This document shows, piece by piece, positions 42,948 through 52,951 of a DNA stretch of 64,000 nucleotides. The stretch is from Carpediemonas membranifera BICM (lineage: Eukaryota > Protista > Fornicata): positions 992,001 through 1,056,000 of the forward strand of contig JAHDYR010000012.1 of assembly GCA_019828565.1 (NCBI GenBank), in the 5' to 3' direction. The notes beneath the pieces are model-generated. The model saw nothing but the letters and a program-made list of their open reading frames with translations, ran no database searches and was not told the origin of the DNA. Position 1 is the first letter of the stretch, and each line of letters begins with the position of its first letter. A program made the translations under genes and the position numbers.

Positions 42948-44816
42948 CTAGCTCAGGCTACACATGTCCTCGGCCCCAAAGTCGGCCCGAAGAGTGCCAG
43001 GCGCCAGTCTGTCCGAGACCAGCAGCCGCATGCCGTCGCCGGCGGGCCTGCTACTTTTGCGGAGGCGGCACACGCGCTCGACGGCGGCCGCAGCCGAGTC
43101 TGTCGAGCAAGCTATGAGATAGTCGGCCCTGGCGGTGTGGAGGTGGTGGCCGTCGAACAGCAGAGAGCGGTGCATGCCGATGACGACGCCGACCTTGAAG
43201 ACGACCGACCTGGCTCCGTGGCTGTAGACCACGTGTGTGTGTGCCTCCCCGGGTCGTGCCAAGAGCCACACGGTGCCGCTGGACGACGTGTGCACTTCCC
43301 CCGGCGACCACGGTGTCCGGGCCGGCGTCCAGTGCGCCCCCTGGCATAGGCCCAGGTGCCGCAGCTGGGGCTCCGCGTCGCCGGCGAACAGCACGTCGCC
43401 CCCGCAGCTGAACAGGGACCGTAGGGGGCCGAGCTGGAAGGCGTCGACATGCACAGGCACTTTCGTCAGCACGGAGGCGGTCACCGAGTGCCCGAGCCCC
43501 AGCTCGCCGTGGCTATTGGCGCCCATTACAAACAGCGCGCGTTCAGCGGGCACATGCACAGCGATGGCCGCCGGGGACGCCGTGATCGAGGCCGAGTCCC
43601 AGGATCCGGGATCGACAGGGAGCTGCTGCGTGCCCCCGTCGTTGTAGCAGACCCAGACGCCGACCGGGGACGAGACCACTAGGAACTCGGTCGTGAGTGC
43701 GATGCCGAGGCCGACGTGGCGCCGGTGCGGGGGTCGGCCGGCCATGAAGCGTCCCAGCAAGCCGGGCATGGGGACCGCGGCCGTCTCGACGGTCGTAGCC
43801 ATGCGGCTGTCGTGGCCAAAACGGCAGACGTACACGCCCCGCGCCGTCTTGGTCACCATTGCCCGCCCATCGTACCGCACGCCGTGGATGCGGGGAAGTC
43901 GGACGACACGGTAGGCACGGGCGTTACCGGCCCACGTGCGCACCAGGAGCCGCCTGCTGATGACCACGGCGTGGCAGGCCTCGCCCGACCCGTTGTCGAC
44001 AGGGATCCGTCTGCGGGCATCGGGGCTTGCCTCCACGGCATCCAGGAAGCTCCGACAGGCAAACCAGATAATATCAGACGGTACAGTCGAGACCGGCTCC
44101 TGGTTTCCGCCCGCGCACAGCAGCATGGCCAGCAGCACGCCGGGACCGAGTCGGTGGATGATGCCAGGGCTGGGGCAGGGCTGCGGCTCACAGGGGAGGC
44201 AGGCTGAGCTAAGCTGCACTGCTGGGGACATGCCGCCCGTCATAGCGTGTCTGGTGGCGGAGACAGCAACCTGTATGAACTTGTCGACGAGTCTGATGTC
44301 GATCGCCCGGCATCGGCGGGCCATGGCCGGGCTGACCGAGGGTTCGTGGACGTGCTCGTTCCGCAGTGAACGGATCGTCTCGAAGGTGCGGTGCCACTCC
44401 CGCCAAGTGACTCCGTGTAGTTTTAGGTAGGGCTCGAGCACCGCCTCCCCCCCGTAGCGCTGGAACTTGCTGGCCAGGATGCTGACGGGAATGAACTTCT
44501 GTCGTTGAAGCATGGTTGCTATGTCGCTCTTCAGGTCCTGCGACCCGCGTACCAGCGGGGCTGTGTCGAGAAGGGCGTCGAGCATCGCGCGGAAGAACTT
44601 CTCAGCTGAGACGCCAATGAGAACAATAGCGATGCCATAGTCAGCTTTTTGCATGTATTTGCGTCCCTCTCGATATTCGGTCATGATTTCATTCTCTGTG
44701 CTCAGATCGTGGTCGATAGTGTTAAGCGGTCCGCTAGCGACAGAATCAGCCAGCCTCGGTCTCGGAGAACAAGTAATGTGGCAAGAACTAAGTATTGGCG
44801 ACTGCAGTTCAGCCAT
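42948..44816 (-). CDS. Protein with putative N-terminal HEPN-like domain and degenerate RCC1-like C-terminal region
   Basis: Helical N-terminus with IRSLRNEHVHEP (R-N-x3-H). LFVMGANSHGELGLGH is an RCC1 repeat. Confidence 0.65.
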   Translation of the reverse strand: MAELQSPILSSCHITCSPRPRLADSVASGPLNTIDHDLSTENEIMTEYREGRKYMQKADYGIAIVLIGVSAEKFFRAMLDALLDTAPLVRGSQDLKSDIATMLQRQKFIPVSILASKFQRYGGEAVLEPYLKLHGVTWREWHRTFETIRSLRNEHVHEPSVSPAMARRCRAIDIRLVDKFIQVAVSATRHAMTGGMSPAVQLSSACLPCEPQPCPSPGIIHRLGPGVLLAMLLCAGGNQEPVSTVPSDIIWFACRSFLDAVEASPDARRRIPVDNGSGEACHAVVISRRLLVRTWAGNARAYRVVRLPRIHGVRYDGRAMVTKTARGVYVCRFGHDSRMATTVETAAVPMPGLLGRFMAGRPPHRRHVGLGIALTTEFLVVSSPVGVWVCYNDGGTQQLPVDPGSWDSASITASPAAIAVHVPAERALFVMGANSHGELGLGHSVTASVLTKVPVHVDAFQLGPLRSLFSCGGDVLFAGDAEPQLRHLGLCQGAHWTPARTPWSPGEVHTSSSGTVWLLARPGEAHTHVVYSHGARSVVFKVGVVIGMHRSLLFDGHHLHTARADYLIACSTDSAAAAVERVCRLRKSSRPAGDGMRLLVSDRLAPGTLRADFGAEDMCSLS

Positions 44817-44929
44817 GGAGGCGCTGAACGCCACACAAGGCTTGATTTGACATAAAGTGCGCGAAACGCAGTTTAAGTCGAAGGTCGTGTGGTTGGTAGA
44901 CTCAACAATTCTAATCCTGCGCAGCACAG

Positions 44930-45079
44930 GAACAATGTGTTTACACAACTCCATTTATTACACAGTAAACGCTGGCTTAGGCAACAGGGTCCACTGGAAG
45001 GAACTCCAGCGGGTTGAAAAGTCCCAGCTTGAGCGCCCACCTGTCATACACCAGAATGTTTATACTGCGCAACACTGCC
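44930..45079 (+). repeat. Two partial stand-alone copies of the element 1 direct repeat
   Basis: GAACAATGTGTTTACAC at 44930-44946. TGTTTATACTGCGCAACACTGCC at 45057-45079 is 23/23 identical to 40369-40391. Confidence 0.85.
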
Positions 45080-45100
45080 GTTAGAGGTTTACCAGGCTTA

Positions 45101-48100
45101 CTAAAATGTTACTAAGGTTTGCGGACTGATGTACATGGGATAGCCGATGGGGGAGTCGGCACTCTGCACGATAACGTTCCTGAGCAGCGCGGGGAGCTGC
45201 TGGATGGACAGCCGCTCGCTGTTGCTGCCTTTGAGGTACATCAGCTCGAACTGCTGCCCCGCCCACGTGCCGCGGACGAGCTCCTTGTCGACACAGCACA
45301 CGGCGAACTGCAGCTCGCGGAACATGGGTCGGAGCATGGTGCAGGACGTCTCCCGCTGCCGCAGGGTCATCATCTCGGACGCCCCGGCCGCCACACCGTC
45401 AACCCACTCATCTGAGTCCTCTGGGGCGACGAGCTCGTGCGCCATGGCCGTGAGGTGCTCGAGGAGGTCGGCCGGCGGGGTCTCGGCGATAGTGTCGCCC
45501 ATGGAGCCCATGTTCACGAACTCAACGACGCTGCGGAGGGCCAGACGGAAGGCACGACATGCGAGGGCGGTGGCGGTGGCCGGGAGCGCGAGGTCAGCTG
45601 TGCCCGAAAACACAGCGAAGAGCGGCCGCTCCCAGCGGGGCCCCACGATGGCGCCGAGGTCGAGATACTTCCGGACGCGGGCGTGCATGAGGTAAAGGGC
45701 GCGGGACAGCATGGCGACGGTGACGGGAGCGGCCTCAGCGGCTAGGTCGGGCAGGGCGAACTCGATGAGGGGCTGGAAGAGTGCGGTGAAGCGGGCGAAG
45801 TCGACGATCTCGCTGCAGTCAGTGAAGTCGTCGGCCGTCATCCGCCGCAGCTCCGCGATGGCGTGTGGCTGATGGGCGAGGTCGGTCTCGAACGCCACGA
45901 GGTAGACGAGGGCCGCGGCGACCGAGTGGAGCAGTCGGGCGCGTATGCTACGGTCGTACAGCACCCGGTCTATGTCGATGGACGCCACGTCGAAGCTCCG
46001 CAGGGGAAGCCCGCGGTTTGTGACCCACCACTGCCGGCCGCTGAGCCCGTTCGTCCGCTTGGGGTTGAGCAGCAGGCGTCTGGCTACCCTCGCGACGGCC
46101 CTAGGTCCGTGAGCCCGGAGTCCGCGGGCATCCTGGGCAAGCTCGGCGAGGGTGGCGGGGGTGTCGCACTCCGCGTTGACCTGAGCCAGCTCGGTCTCGT
46201 GACAGAGGGTGCGGCGGTCCTCGAGGCCCCTGATCTGGACGATAGCGTAGCCTCTGCCGAGCGCCTGGATGTGGCAGAAGAAGGTGTATGGCGACAGGGG
46301 CGAGTGGAAGAGGAGGAAGTCGCCCGGCTTCAGCCCGCCGCCCCCCATGAAGAGAGACCGGAACGACCCCTGGCCAGGCCCGACGCCCAGCGCGCTGTGG
46401 TCGATCAGCTTGGGCAAGGCGGCGACGAGGTCCTCGAACAACCGCTCGAACAGCAGGGCGGACGTGGACCCCGGGTCGGACGAGTCGTACTCGTGGCGGA
46501 CGTAGCGGGTCGACTGGCCGCTGTAACGGGACGCGTACATGTTGACCTTGTGGCTGAAGCGGATGGGTCGGGGGTACGAGGGCCAGAGGAATGTGTTCGA
46601 CCACGGCGACAGCATGGGGGAGTCGAGCAGGGCGGACAGCACGATGCCGCTGAGGTGCAGCTGAATCGTGGGCACGACGATGAAGTGCGAGACGGTGCCG
46701 GTGTACTCGCGGATCTCGGACGTGGGCACCAGTAGCAGGGAGAACCACCGCAGCCGCAGCATGATGCCGATGGCGCGGTCGATCAGCAGACTGACCAGCC
46801 AGAGCGTGATGAGGGCGGGAGCGTCGTGGCCTGAGAGGTCAAACCGGACGGCGAGCACGGCGAAGAGCAGCTTGTAGTGGGTGTGGCCGGGCTTGGCGAA
46901 GGCCGACCGGACGAAAGAGATGCCCGCCAGCATGCACATGGCGAAGAGCAGCGCCCCACCAACGGTCGACCGGCCGCTGATGAAGTCCATGTCGGGTTGG
47001 GCCGAGGCGACGGGGCAGCAGTATATCAGGACGGGGATGGGGGTGACGAGGAACGACCGGTGGACTCCGGCCAGCGGCGGGACAAGGATGTCGAACCAGC
47101 GACGTAGCCGGAGGGGGAGGGGAGGGATGGATAGTTGATGGTAGGGCGTCGCCTGCCGCAACCCGAGGAGGGTGTTGTGGATGAGGAAGCCGAGGGCTAT
47201 TGACAGTCCGATGTAGCCGACCCACAGGGGCCTCAGCGCGGCCTGGAACGGCTCCAGCAGCACGAAGAGCGCGGCCAGCACGGCGCACGTCATGAGAGGG
47301 TCGATGACGCGCACGGGCCGGTACCACGACCGCTGGTGGGATGTCTTGACCGATACAGCGCCCCACTCGGGCATGCAGGCGACCAGTGCGCCGTACCCGA
47401 TACCCGCGATGAACACGAAGGGCGTGTGGTCGGGGAACAGATACGCCGGGACCGCCAGAAGCATGGGGGACAGGTCGGCCACGAGGATGGGCGCGATCGT
47501 GCGGGGCCGGGGAATGCAGCCGCCGCCCAGCAGGATGTGGAGCTGCTCGCTGAGCCAGTGGAGGCCGATGGACGCTTGGGGCACAAGGCCGAGGGGGTAG
47601 ATGAGGGCGATGGTGGCCGCGAAGAAGTTGTTGGTGAGGAAAAGGAACTGCATGACGATCTTCAGGGGCACCTTGACGCCGTACAGGTCGGACACGATCC
47701 GGTCGGACGACGACCACGAGTACCGCGTGTCCAGGGCGGTCAGGGCGATGCGGTAGGACCCCAGGACGATGATGTAGAGGGCCCTGCTGGTTGCCACGCC
47801 CACGCTGGACGGTGACTCGCTGTTAGAGTCACCCCGCGGGGGGCGGACGAGGGCAAGCACGGCCGCAGCGGTGAAGAGGGCGAGCAGGACGACGAGGGCT
47901 GTGGCGGCCGGGTCTGACGTGAAGGATTGGGGATCTGTGTCGGCCGCAGAGGAGGCCGCCAGGATGGCGAAGGCCCAGAGCGTCGCCACGAACGTCGACG
48001 CAGCGCCCAATAGGGCTCTGTACACGATGGTGGTGAGGCTTGTGACCTCGAGGGCCTCGGACAGGGCGGTGCCGTTGAGCAGGTGCGACCCACCGTTCAT

Positions 48101-49261
48101 GCGGAGGAAGAGGCCGCACAGCGCAGCAGCCGCTTGCAGGTGCCACAACCAAAAGCCGCGGTCCTCGGGCGGCGGGGCGACGCTCGCCTTGGGGTGCAGA
48201 ATAGCCGAGCTGAACATGAGCTCGGACGCCGCGGTCTCCGTGATAAATGTCATGCGGGCCGTCACGGGGCCCTGAGGGCTCGGGTTGTCGTCGTAAAGTG
48301 CGGACCCGTCGGTGCCGACATCGAGGTTGAGGTCAAACTCGGTGCTGTCGGATCCCCCCAGCTCGGGCAGGTTCAGCTCCAGGCATGCGGGCTCCTCGGG
48401 CGGCGGCAGGGCGGTGCAGGAGGTGTTCGCGACGGTCGTGTCACCGTCATCGTTGTCTGCGTCGATAGCCGTGCGACTCGCTGCCGTCCGCAGGACCTTC
48501 TCGCTGATAACGTCATCCTCGCTGTCGGTCTCCTCGCCCTCCCCGCCGCAGCTGGACTCCGACTCGCTGGTGTCCGTGGTGGTCGGGTCGAGGGCGTCGT
48601 CGTTGTCAGCATCGTCTATCGTCCTGGGAACCTCGAGGTCGCTTGCAGAGATGTTCCCAGTGATGTCAGAGCCGTCCGCGGGTGTCTCGACGGCCACCGT
48701 CTCGGTCCTGTCGATGTCCGTCTCATCGTCGATCGTGATATGGCTCAGCGTAGAGAAAGCTCGGCTGTGCTGCGGCTGGAGTGTGTTGATCTCCTGGAAC
48801 GTCGAGTCCGAGAAGGCCTCGTCCAGCGTTATCGACGTGGCTGAGGCCGCCTGCCGCACTGTCGTCTCCTGGTGGTAGTGGAGCATCGCCCGGTGGAGTA
48901 CGCCGCGGGCATCCGCGTACAGCAGGTATCGTCGTGGTCGTACCAGCGGCCGCTTGGCTATCTTCGCAGCGAACTTGGACAGCAGCTGCAGCCACCGCTT
49001 CAGAGTGAACAGCGCGATGAGGGAGAAGAAGACGACGAGCATGAGAACACCACCAGTGATAATGGCCCCGTCAATGGTTGCAATAGCCATCAAGCGGAAC
49101 GCAGAGAAGAAAACAAAGAAGCAAATAAGATAAATCACAAAGGTATCGAACGAAATGGTGAATCCCGCCACGTCCTGGGGGTCTGGGAAGTATACGCCGC
49201 CTGTGAACGACGGAACTAGGCTTTGGAGCGGAAGCGTCAGAACTGCAGGTCTGCTACTCAT
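45101..49261 (-). CDS. PCNX: Pecanex-like multi-pass membrane protein
   Basis: Many TM segments, SYPRPIRF, QIRGLE..TLCHETE, VRGTWAGQQFELMYL..NSERLSIQ...DSPIGYPMYISP (Pecanex C domain). Confidence 0.92.
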   Translation of the reverse strand: MSSRPAVLTLPLQSLVPSFTGGVYFPDPQDVAGFTISFDTFVIYLICFFVFFSAFRLMAIATIDGAIITGGVLMLVVFFSLIALFTLKRWLQLLSKFAAKIAKRPLVRPRRYLLYADARGVLHRAMLHYHQETTVRQAASATSITLDEAFSDSTFQEINTLQPQHSRAFSTLSHITIDDETDIDRTETVAVETPADGSDITGNISASDLEVPRTIDDADNDDALDPTTTDTSESESSCGGEGEETDSEDDVISEKVLRTAASRTAIDADNDDGDTTVANTSCTALPPPEEPACLELNLPELGGSDSTEFDLNLDVGTDGSALYDDNPSPQGPVTARMTFITETAASELMFSSAILHPKASVAPPPEDRGFWLWHLQAAAALCGLFLRMNGGSHLLNGTALSEALEVTSLTTIVYRALLGAASTFVATLWAFAILAASSAADTDPQSFTSDPAATALVVLLALFTAAAVLALVRPPRGDSNSESPSSVGVATSRALYIIVLGSYRIALTALDTRYSWSSSDRIVSDLYGVKVPLKIVMQFLFLTNNFFAATIALIYPLGLVPQASIGLHWLSEQLHILLGGGCIPRPRTIAPILVADLSPMLLAVPAYLFPDHTPFVFIAGIGYGALVACMPEWGAVSVKTSHQRSWYRPVRVIDPLMTCAVLAALFVLLEPFQAALRPLWVGYIGLSIALGFLIHNTLLGLRQATPYHQLSIPPLPLRLRRWFDILVPPLAGVHRSFLVTPIPVLIYCCPVASAQPDMDFISGRSTVGGALLFAMCMLAGISFVRSAFAKPGHTHYKLLFAVLAVRFDLSGHDAPALITLWLVSLLIDRAIGIMLRLRWFSLLLVPTSEIREYTGTVSHFIVVPTIQLHLSGIVLSALLDSPMLSPWSNTFLWPSYPRPIRFSHKVNMYASRYSGQSTRYVRHEYDSSDPGSTSALLFERLFEDLVAALPKLIDHSALGVGPGQGSFRSLFMGGGGLKPGDFLLFHSPLSPYTFFCHIQALGRGYAIVQIRGLEDRRTLCHETELAQVNAECDTPATLAELAQDARGLRAHGPRAVARVARRLLLNPKRTNGLSGRQWWVTNRGLPLRSFDVASIDIDRVLYDRSIRARLLHSVAAALVYLVAFETDLAHQPHAIAELRRMTADDFTDCSEIVDFARFTALFQPLIEFALPDLAAEAAPVTVAMLSRALYLMHARVRKYLDLGAIVGPRWERPLFAVFSGTADLALPATATALACRAFRLALRSVVEFVNMGSMGDTIAETPPADLLEHLTAMAHELVAPEDSDEWVDGVAAGASEMMTLRQRETSCTMLRPMFRELQFAVCCVDKELVRGTWAGQQFELMYLKGSNSERLSIQQLPALLRNVIVQSADSPIGYPMYISPQTLVTF

Positions 49262-49760
49262 CGCAGCTTGCAGAACGTTAACGTTACGTTAATGACATAA
49301 TCTGCGAAGTGAACGTCAGAAGGTCTCGACTCGAAGAGTCTGTTTTACTGCTTGCACTGTGCACTCTATGATACTTCATTACCCCTTCCCGCTCTCCCTT
49401 CCTTCTTCTTGAGAGTGATATTTCGATAGTCATCATCGTCGGGGGTCATCAATCAGTGCTTCTCCAGTCCTCTCGCCAAGCAACTAGCTTCCCACCTATC
49501 GTCTACCCCATCTTACTTCCATCCGCTCTCTTCTGCTTGTCGGATTTCGGGGTCTTGATCATGACGTCTTTGCAATCATCACCATGGCACCTTCCATCGC
49601 ACAGCGGGCTCTTCTATGCCGCTGCCTGAAGATAAAACATTTCAGTTCTTCTAATTCTCGCCATTATCACTGCATAGTCTCGTTCATTAAACGTCTGTCG
49701 TCTTTGATGTGTGTTGTTAACAAGTGAACGGTTCATTCACCGCAAAACGCAGAGCTTCGC

Positions 49761-51513
49761 ATGACCAGCATCTATACGGTCAAGTTCTCCATATCCTCTC
49801 CGCATAACCGTAGAAACGTGATTCCTTTCATCGCGGACTTCTACGCCGGATTGGAGAAAATACGCCGCAGTTCGGCAGGCTGTCACCTCAATAGCCGAGA
49901 TGCCACTGTGGCATGACGAGTTCATCATCCGCCTCTGCACCGCCCTCAGGGCAGCTCGTCAACAGTGCCCTCGCGAGTTCGACGTGTGGCTGGGCGAATA
50001 TGCCACGAGCACCAAGCTGTGGCTCGTCAATGCCCTTGAAGGTTACTGCTGGCGCCTGGCGAAGATCATCACTCGGGTCGACACTGCCCTGACTCAGCGT
50101 GATCCAGACGTGCCCCGGGACGACATCACCCGGTTGCGCACCGAACAACGCGCTGTCAAGGCGATCGTTGATGAGCACCTTGCAAAGATCTCAACTCCGG
50201 ACGAGTCGACGAGGGCGTTCTACTCACGCTGCCCTGCGTCTGGCGGATCTCCGCGGCTCTGGGAGAGCTCACGGATATGGTTGCGGCATTCAACACCGCC
50301 CATCCACCTCTTCCGGGTGACAAGCCGCTGGCTGGCCCCAAGCTTGTTCCGCTTGTCCCGATGGCTCCGATCCGCCCCGGGTTCATGCACGTTCCCTGTT
50401 CTCTCAACGTGCTGAACCCGGCTTGGCTTGCCCCACTTGGGGTCGACCCGGAGCATCACACCACTGAGCGCATGACCCGAGAGCAGCTGGAGGCTCTTCC
50501 TCCGAACATCCGTCGGGTGCTGTCTGTCAAGACAGATGGGGTCGCCGTGGACCTCACGGTCCAAGTTGGTGCTCTGCCATACGTCAGCAGACGTGCCAGT
50601 GGCAACCCGACGATGAAGCGAAAGGCTCGGGAGCGTCTGGGTGTGGATGACGCAGATGCTCGCCCCGCGCCAGACCCCGATGCCCACCTCATGGGTTTCG
50701 ACCCGGGTGCTCGGGCTCTGGGTGGATTCTTCATCCGCCACCCAGATGGCACCACCAGCTCCGGTGTGGTCCCGAAGTGTGGGTACACCAAGACCCCCAG
50801 CTTCGCGTTCGATATGACTCCTGCGTCATTCAAAAGTACAAATCTAAATAGTCTACAAAACTCGATTAGGTTTGTGCTCCTCCACGAGCAGGAAATATTC
50901 GACGCTGGGATGGTCAAGAGCTTCCGCAGAGTGCGCCTGACGAACCACATCTTGCGTCAAAAGCACTTCCACAGAGCTGGGGAGCAGCTTGCTCGCACCC
51001 TAGGATGGACTCCTCGGCGACTCCCTCGCGGTATTGCTCCTCCCCGGGCAGCCCCCCACCAGGCTGGTTGTCTTCTACGGAAGCGCTAGATTCAAGACGC
51101 CCCGTCGGGTGCATCCATGCGCGCCGTATGGTCGCTTTGCAAAATCACTAGCACACATCATGAGAGCTTTCAACATCACTGCTGAAGTGCGGATGACTAA
51201 CGAGTTCCGAACCTCACTCGTCTGCCCCTTCTGCCGCGCGAGGTTCCGTAGAACTCGCTACACGAGGCGCACGATGCGATGCCACAACCCGAATTGTCAA
51301 GGTGCTCCATGGTACAGACAGCAACGCCTCAATTCCGATCCTACTACATCCACTTGGCTCAATCTCTCCCATAGAGACAAGAATGCTGCACAGAACATCT
51401 TGGATTGCGGTCTCATGACGGATGCACAGTATAACAAGCCAGTGCTTTCAGAAATCCAGCCCGTCTTCCCAACTATAACCCCAATACACCAATTACGGCT
51501 AACCAGCCGCTAG
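49761..51513 (+). pseudogene. Fanzor1 pseudogene, near full length, about 3 frameshifts
   Basis: MTSIYTVKFSI, LVPLVPM, SVKTDGVAV (TDG motif typical of Fanzor1), MGFDPG (D at 50700), VFYGSARF, NEFRTSLVCPFC (E at 51202), CHNPNC, HRDKNAAQNIL (D at 51376). Confidence 0.92.
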
Positions 51514-51584
51514 TCTTCGCCTCCGGGCAAGCTAATTGAAGTGGAGAGACGCACTGCTTGCACTGTGCACTCTATGATACTTCA
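51496..51584 (+). ncRNA. Putative omega-RNA scaffold plus guide of element 2
   Basis: Hairpin CGGCT-AACC-AGCCG (counterpart in element 1) and stem GTCT..CTCC/GGAG-AGAC ending 2 nt before the downstream repeat. Confidence 0.5.
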
Positions 51585-51637
51585 ACGTCAGTGGTGGAGA
51601 GAGAGTTTACACGATGGTAGAATGCACCACACTCGCC

Positions 51638-52951
51638 TCACCGCGCCAGGCGTGACCCGTACGGCCCCGGCTTGTTCTTCCCGAGGACTGCGAGGGGGTC
51701 TTTAACCCGCACAGTCTGCACGCCCTTCGTCTGGGTGGGGGCCGATGACGACAGCTGGATGTGCGGGATGAGACGGGCAGCGGGCGGGTACTTCCTGAGC
51801 TCGGCCAGGAAGAACTTGAGCAGGTTTAGGTCGGCCTCGAGCGCCCCTCCGTCAGACGGCGCCTGATGGAGTTGAGAGCACGCACCCAGGGAGTCGAACA
51901 GAAACTCGACGCTGTCGGACATGCGCTGCTCGTACATCGCCAGCGAGGTCCGCAGCTGTTCGGCCTCGTTGCCCTTCTCTGCGGCGACGGCTCGCAGCTC
52001 CCCTACCGACGCCTGCAGCAGCTCGATCGTCTTGGCATCGGACTCGGCCTGCATTCGCGCTGCCTTAAGCTCGTCAGTGTCCTGCGTCGGCTGAGGTTCG
52101 CCCATGGCCTCGATGCGAGCGGTGAGCTTCCGCATGAGCGCCTTCTGCATCGCCAGCTTGCGTCCCATCTGTACCTCGTTCTGCCGGAACACGTCTAGCT
52201 GCCGCTTGGTGTCGTTGAGCTCGCTGGTGAGCTTCTGGTTGCTCTCGAGGATCTGGGTCGATGCCCTCGCCTGGTACGCCAGCTCCGTGCCCATGCGGGC
52301 GTTCTCCTTGATCGTGTCCTCCGTCGCCGCCTCCAGGTGTGTCTCGGTCATCTCAATCATTTGCTTCCGCGTTTGTGCGAGGGCCCGCTCCATGTCCCGC
52401 CGGAGTCCCTCTTTTGTCCTGAACGTCGCGCGGTCCGCGTTGATACGGAGCTCCTCCATCTCCTCCCCGTGCTTGTCGATCACCCCCTTGAGAGTCTCAA
52501 TCTCTTCCTCGTATTGCACCTGCAGCGCCTGGAACTCCTGGAGGGCCCCGAGCTCCCCGGTCGCCATTTCAAGTCGTTGTGAGGCAGCGTGATATTTCGC
52601 CATTAAATCGTCGTATTTCTTTTCCCATGCCTTGTTGCACTCGTCCTTTGTCGAGGATGCGTCCTTAGTCAGGCGAGTGACCTCCCGTCGTGCTGCACCA
52701 ATCTGCTCATCTCTCTTTGCCACCTCACCACGTAGATACTCCAGCATATTCTCGTAGTCATCCTTCTGGTGGGCAAGCTTCACATTAAGGCTAGAAATGA
52801 GCGATGCCTGGTCCTTGGCGAGCTGTGTGCTGTCATTCAGCGCTGCCTCGAGCTGGAGGATCTTTCTCTGCAATTCCTCGGCAGATGCTTGTGTCTTTGG
52901 TTCTTTTGGTGCTGGAGAACCACTCTTTTCCTTCTTCTTTGCCTTTGCCAT
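51638..52951 (-). CDS. CFAP157: Cilia- and flagella-associated coiled-coil protein, CFAP157-like
   Basis: Lys-rich N-terminus, long coiled coil, KEGLRRDM...HLEAATEDTIKENARMGTELAYQ segment. Confidence 0.7.
   Translation of the reverse strand: MAKAKKKEKSGSPAPKEPKTQASAEELQRKILQLEAALNDSTQLAKDQASLISSLNVKLAHQKDDYENMLEYLRGEVAKRDEQIGAARREVTRLTKDASSTKDECNKAWEKKYDDLMAKYHAASQRLEMATGELGALQEFQALQVQYEEEIETLKGVIDKHGEEMEELRINADRATFRTKEGLRRDMERALAQTRKQMIEMTETHLEAATEDTIKENARMGTELAYQARASTQILESNQKLTSELNDTKRQLDVFRQNEVQMGRKLAMQKALMRKLTARIEAMGEPQPTQDTDELKAARMQAESDAKTIELLQASVGELRAVAAEKGNEAEQLRTSLAMYEQRMSDSVEFLFDSLGACSQLHQAPSDGGALEADLNLLKFFLAELRKYPPAARLIPHIQLSSSAPTQTKGVQTVRVKDPLAVLGKNKPGPYGSRLAR

Larger units (their letters stand above)
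49347..51584 (+). mobile_element. Fanzor1 element 2 bounded by perfect 32-bp direct repeats
   Basis: ACTGCTTGCACTGTGCACTCTATGATACTTCA at 49347-49378 and 51553-51584. The interior is less GC-rich than the host genes. No transposase or TIR recognised. Confidence 0.88.

Noticed and set aside
49520-49570. Minus-strand peptide DVMIKTPKSDKQKRADG resembling the tyrosine-recombinase K-T-D strand
   Set aside because: Too short, bounded by stops, and no R...HxxR...Y catalytic motifs found.
49761-51513. Idea that the Fanzor frameshifts are short introns
   Set aside because: No GTNNGT...TYACNYAG segment of 28-31 nt at the shift points, unlike the six host introns.
32710-51584. Interpreting the 32-bp repeats as a CRISPR array
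   Set aside because: Copies are kilobases apart, one is inverted, and there are no regular spacers or cas genes.
51541-51602. 9-bp direct repeat GTGGAGAGA flanking the downstream 32-mer as a TSD of a tiny independent insert
   Set aside because: Low-complexity, and the other two copies of the 32-mer have no equivalent duplication.
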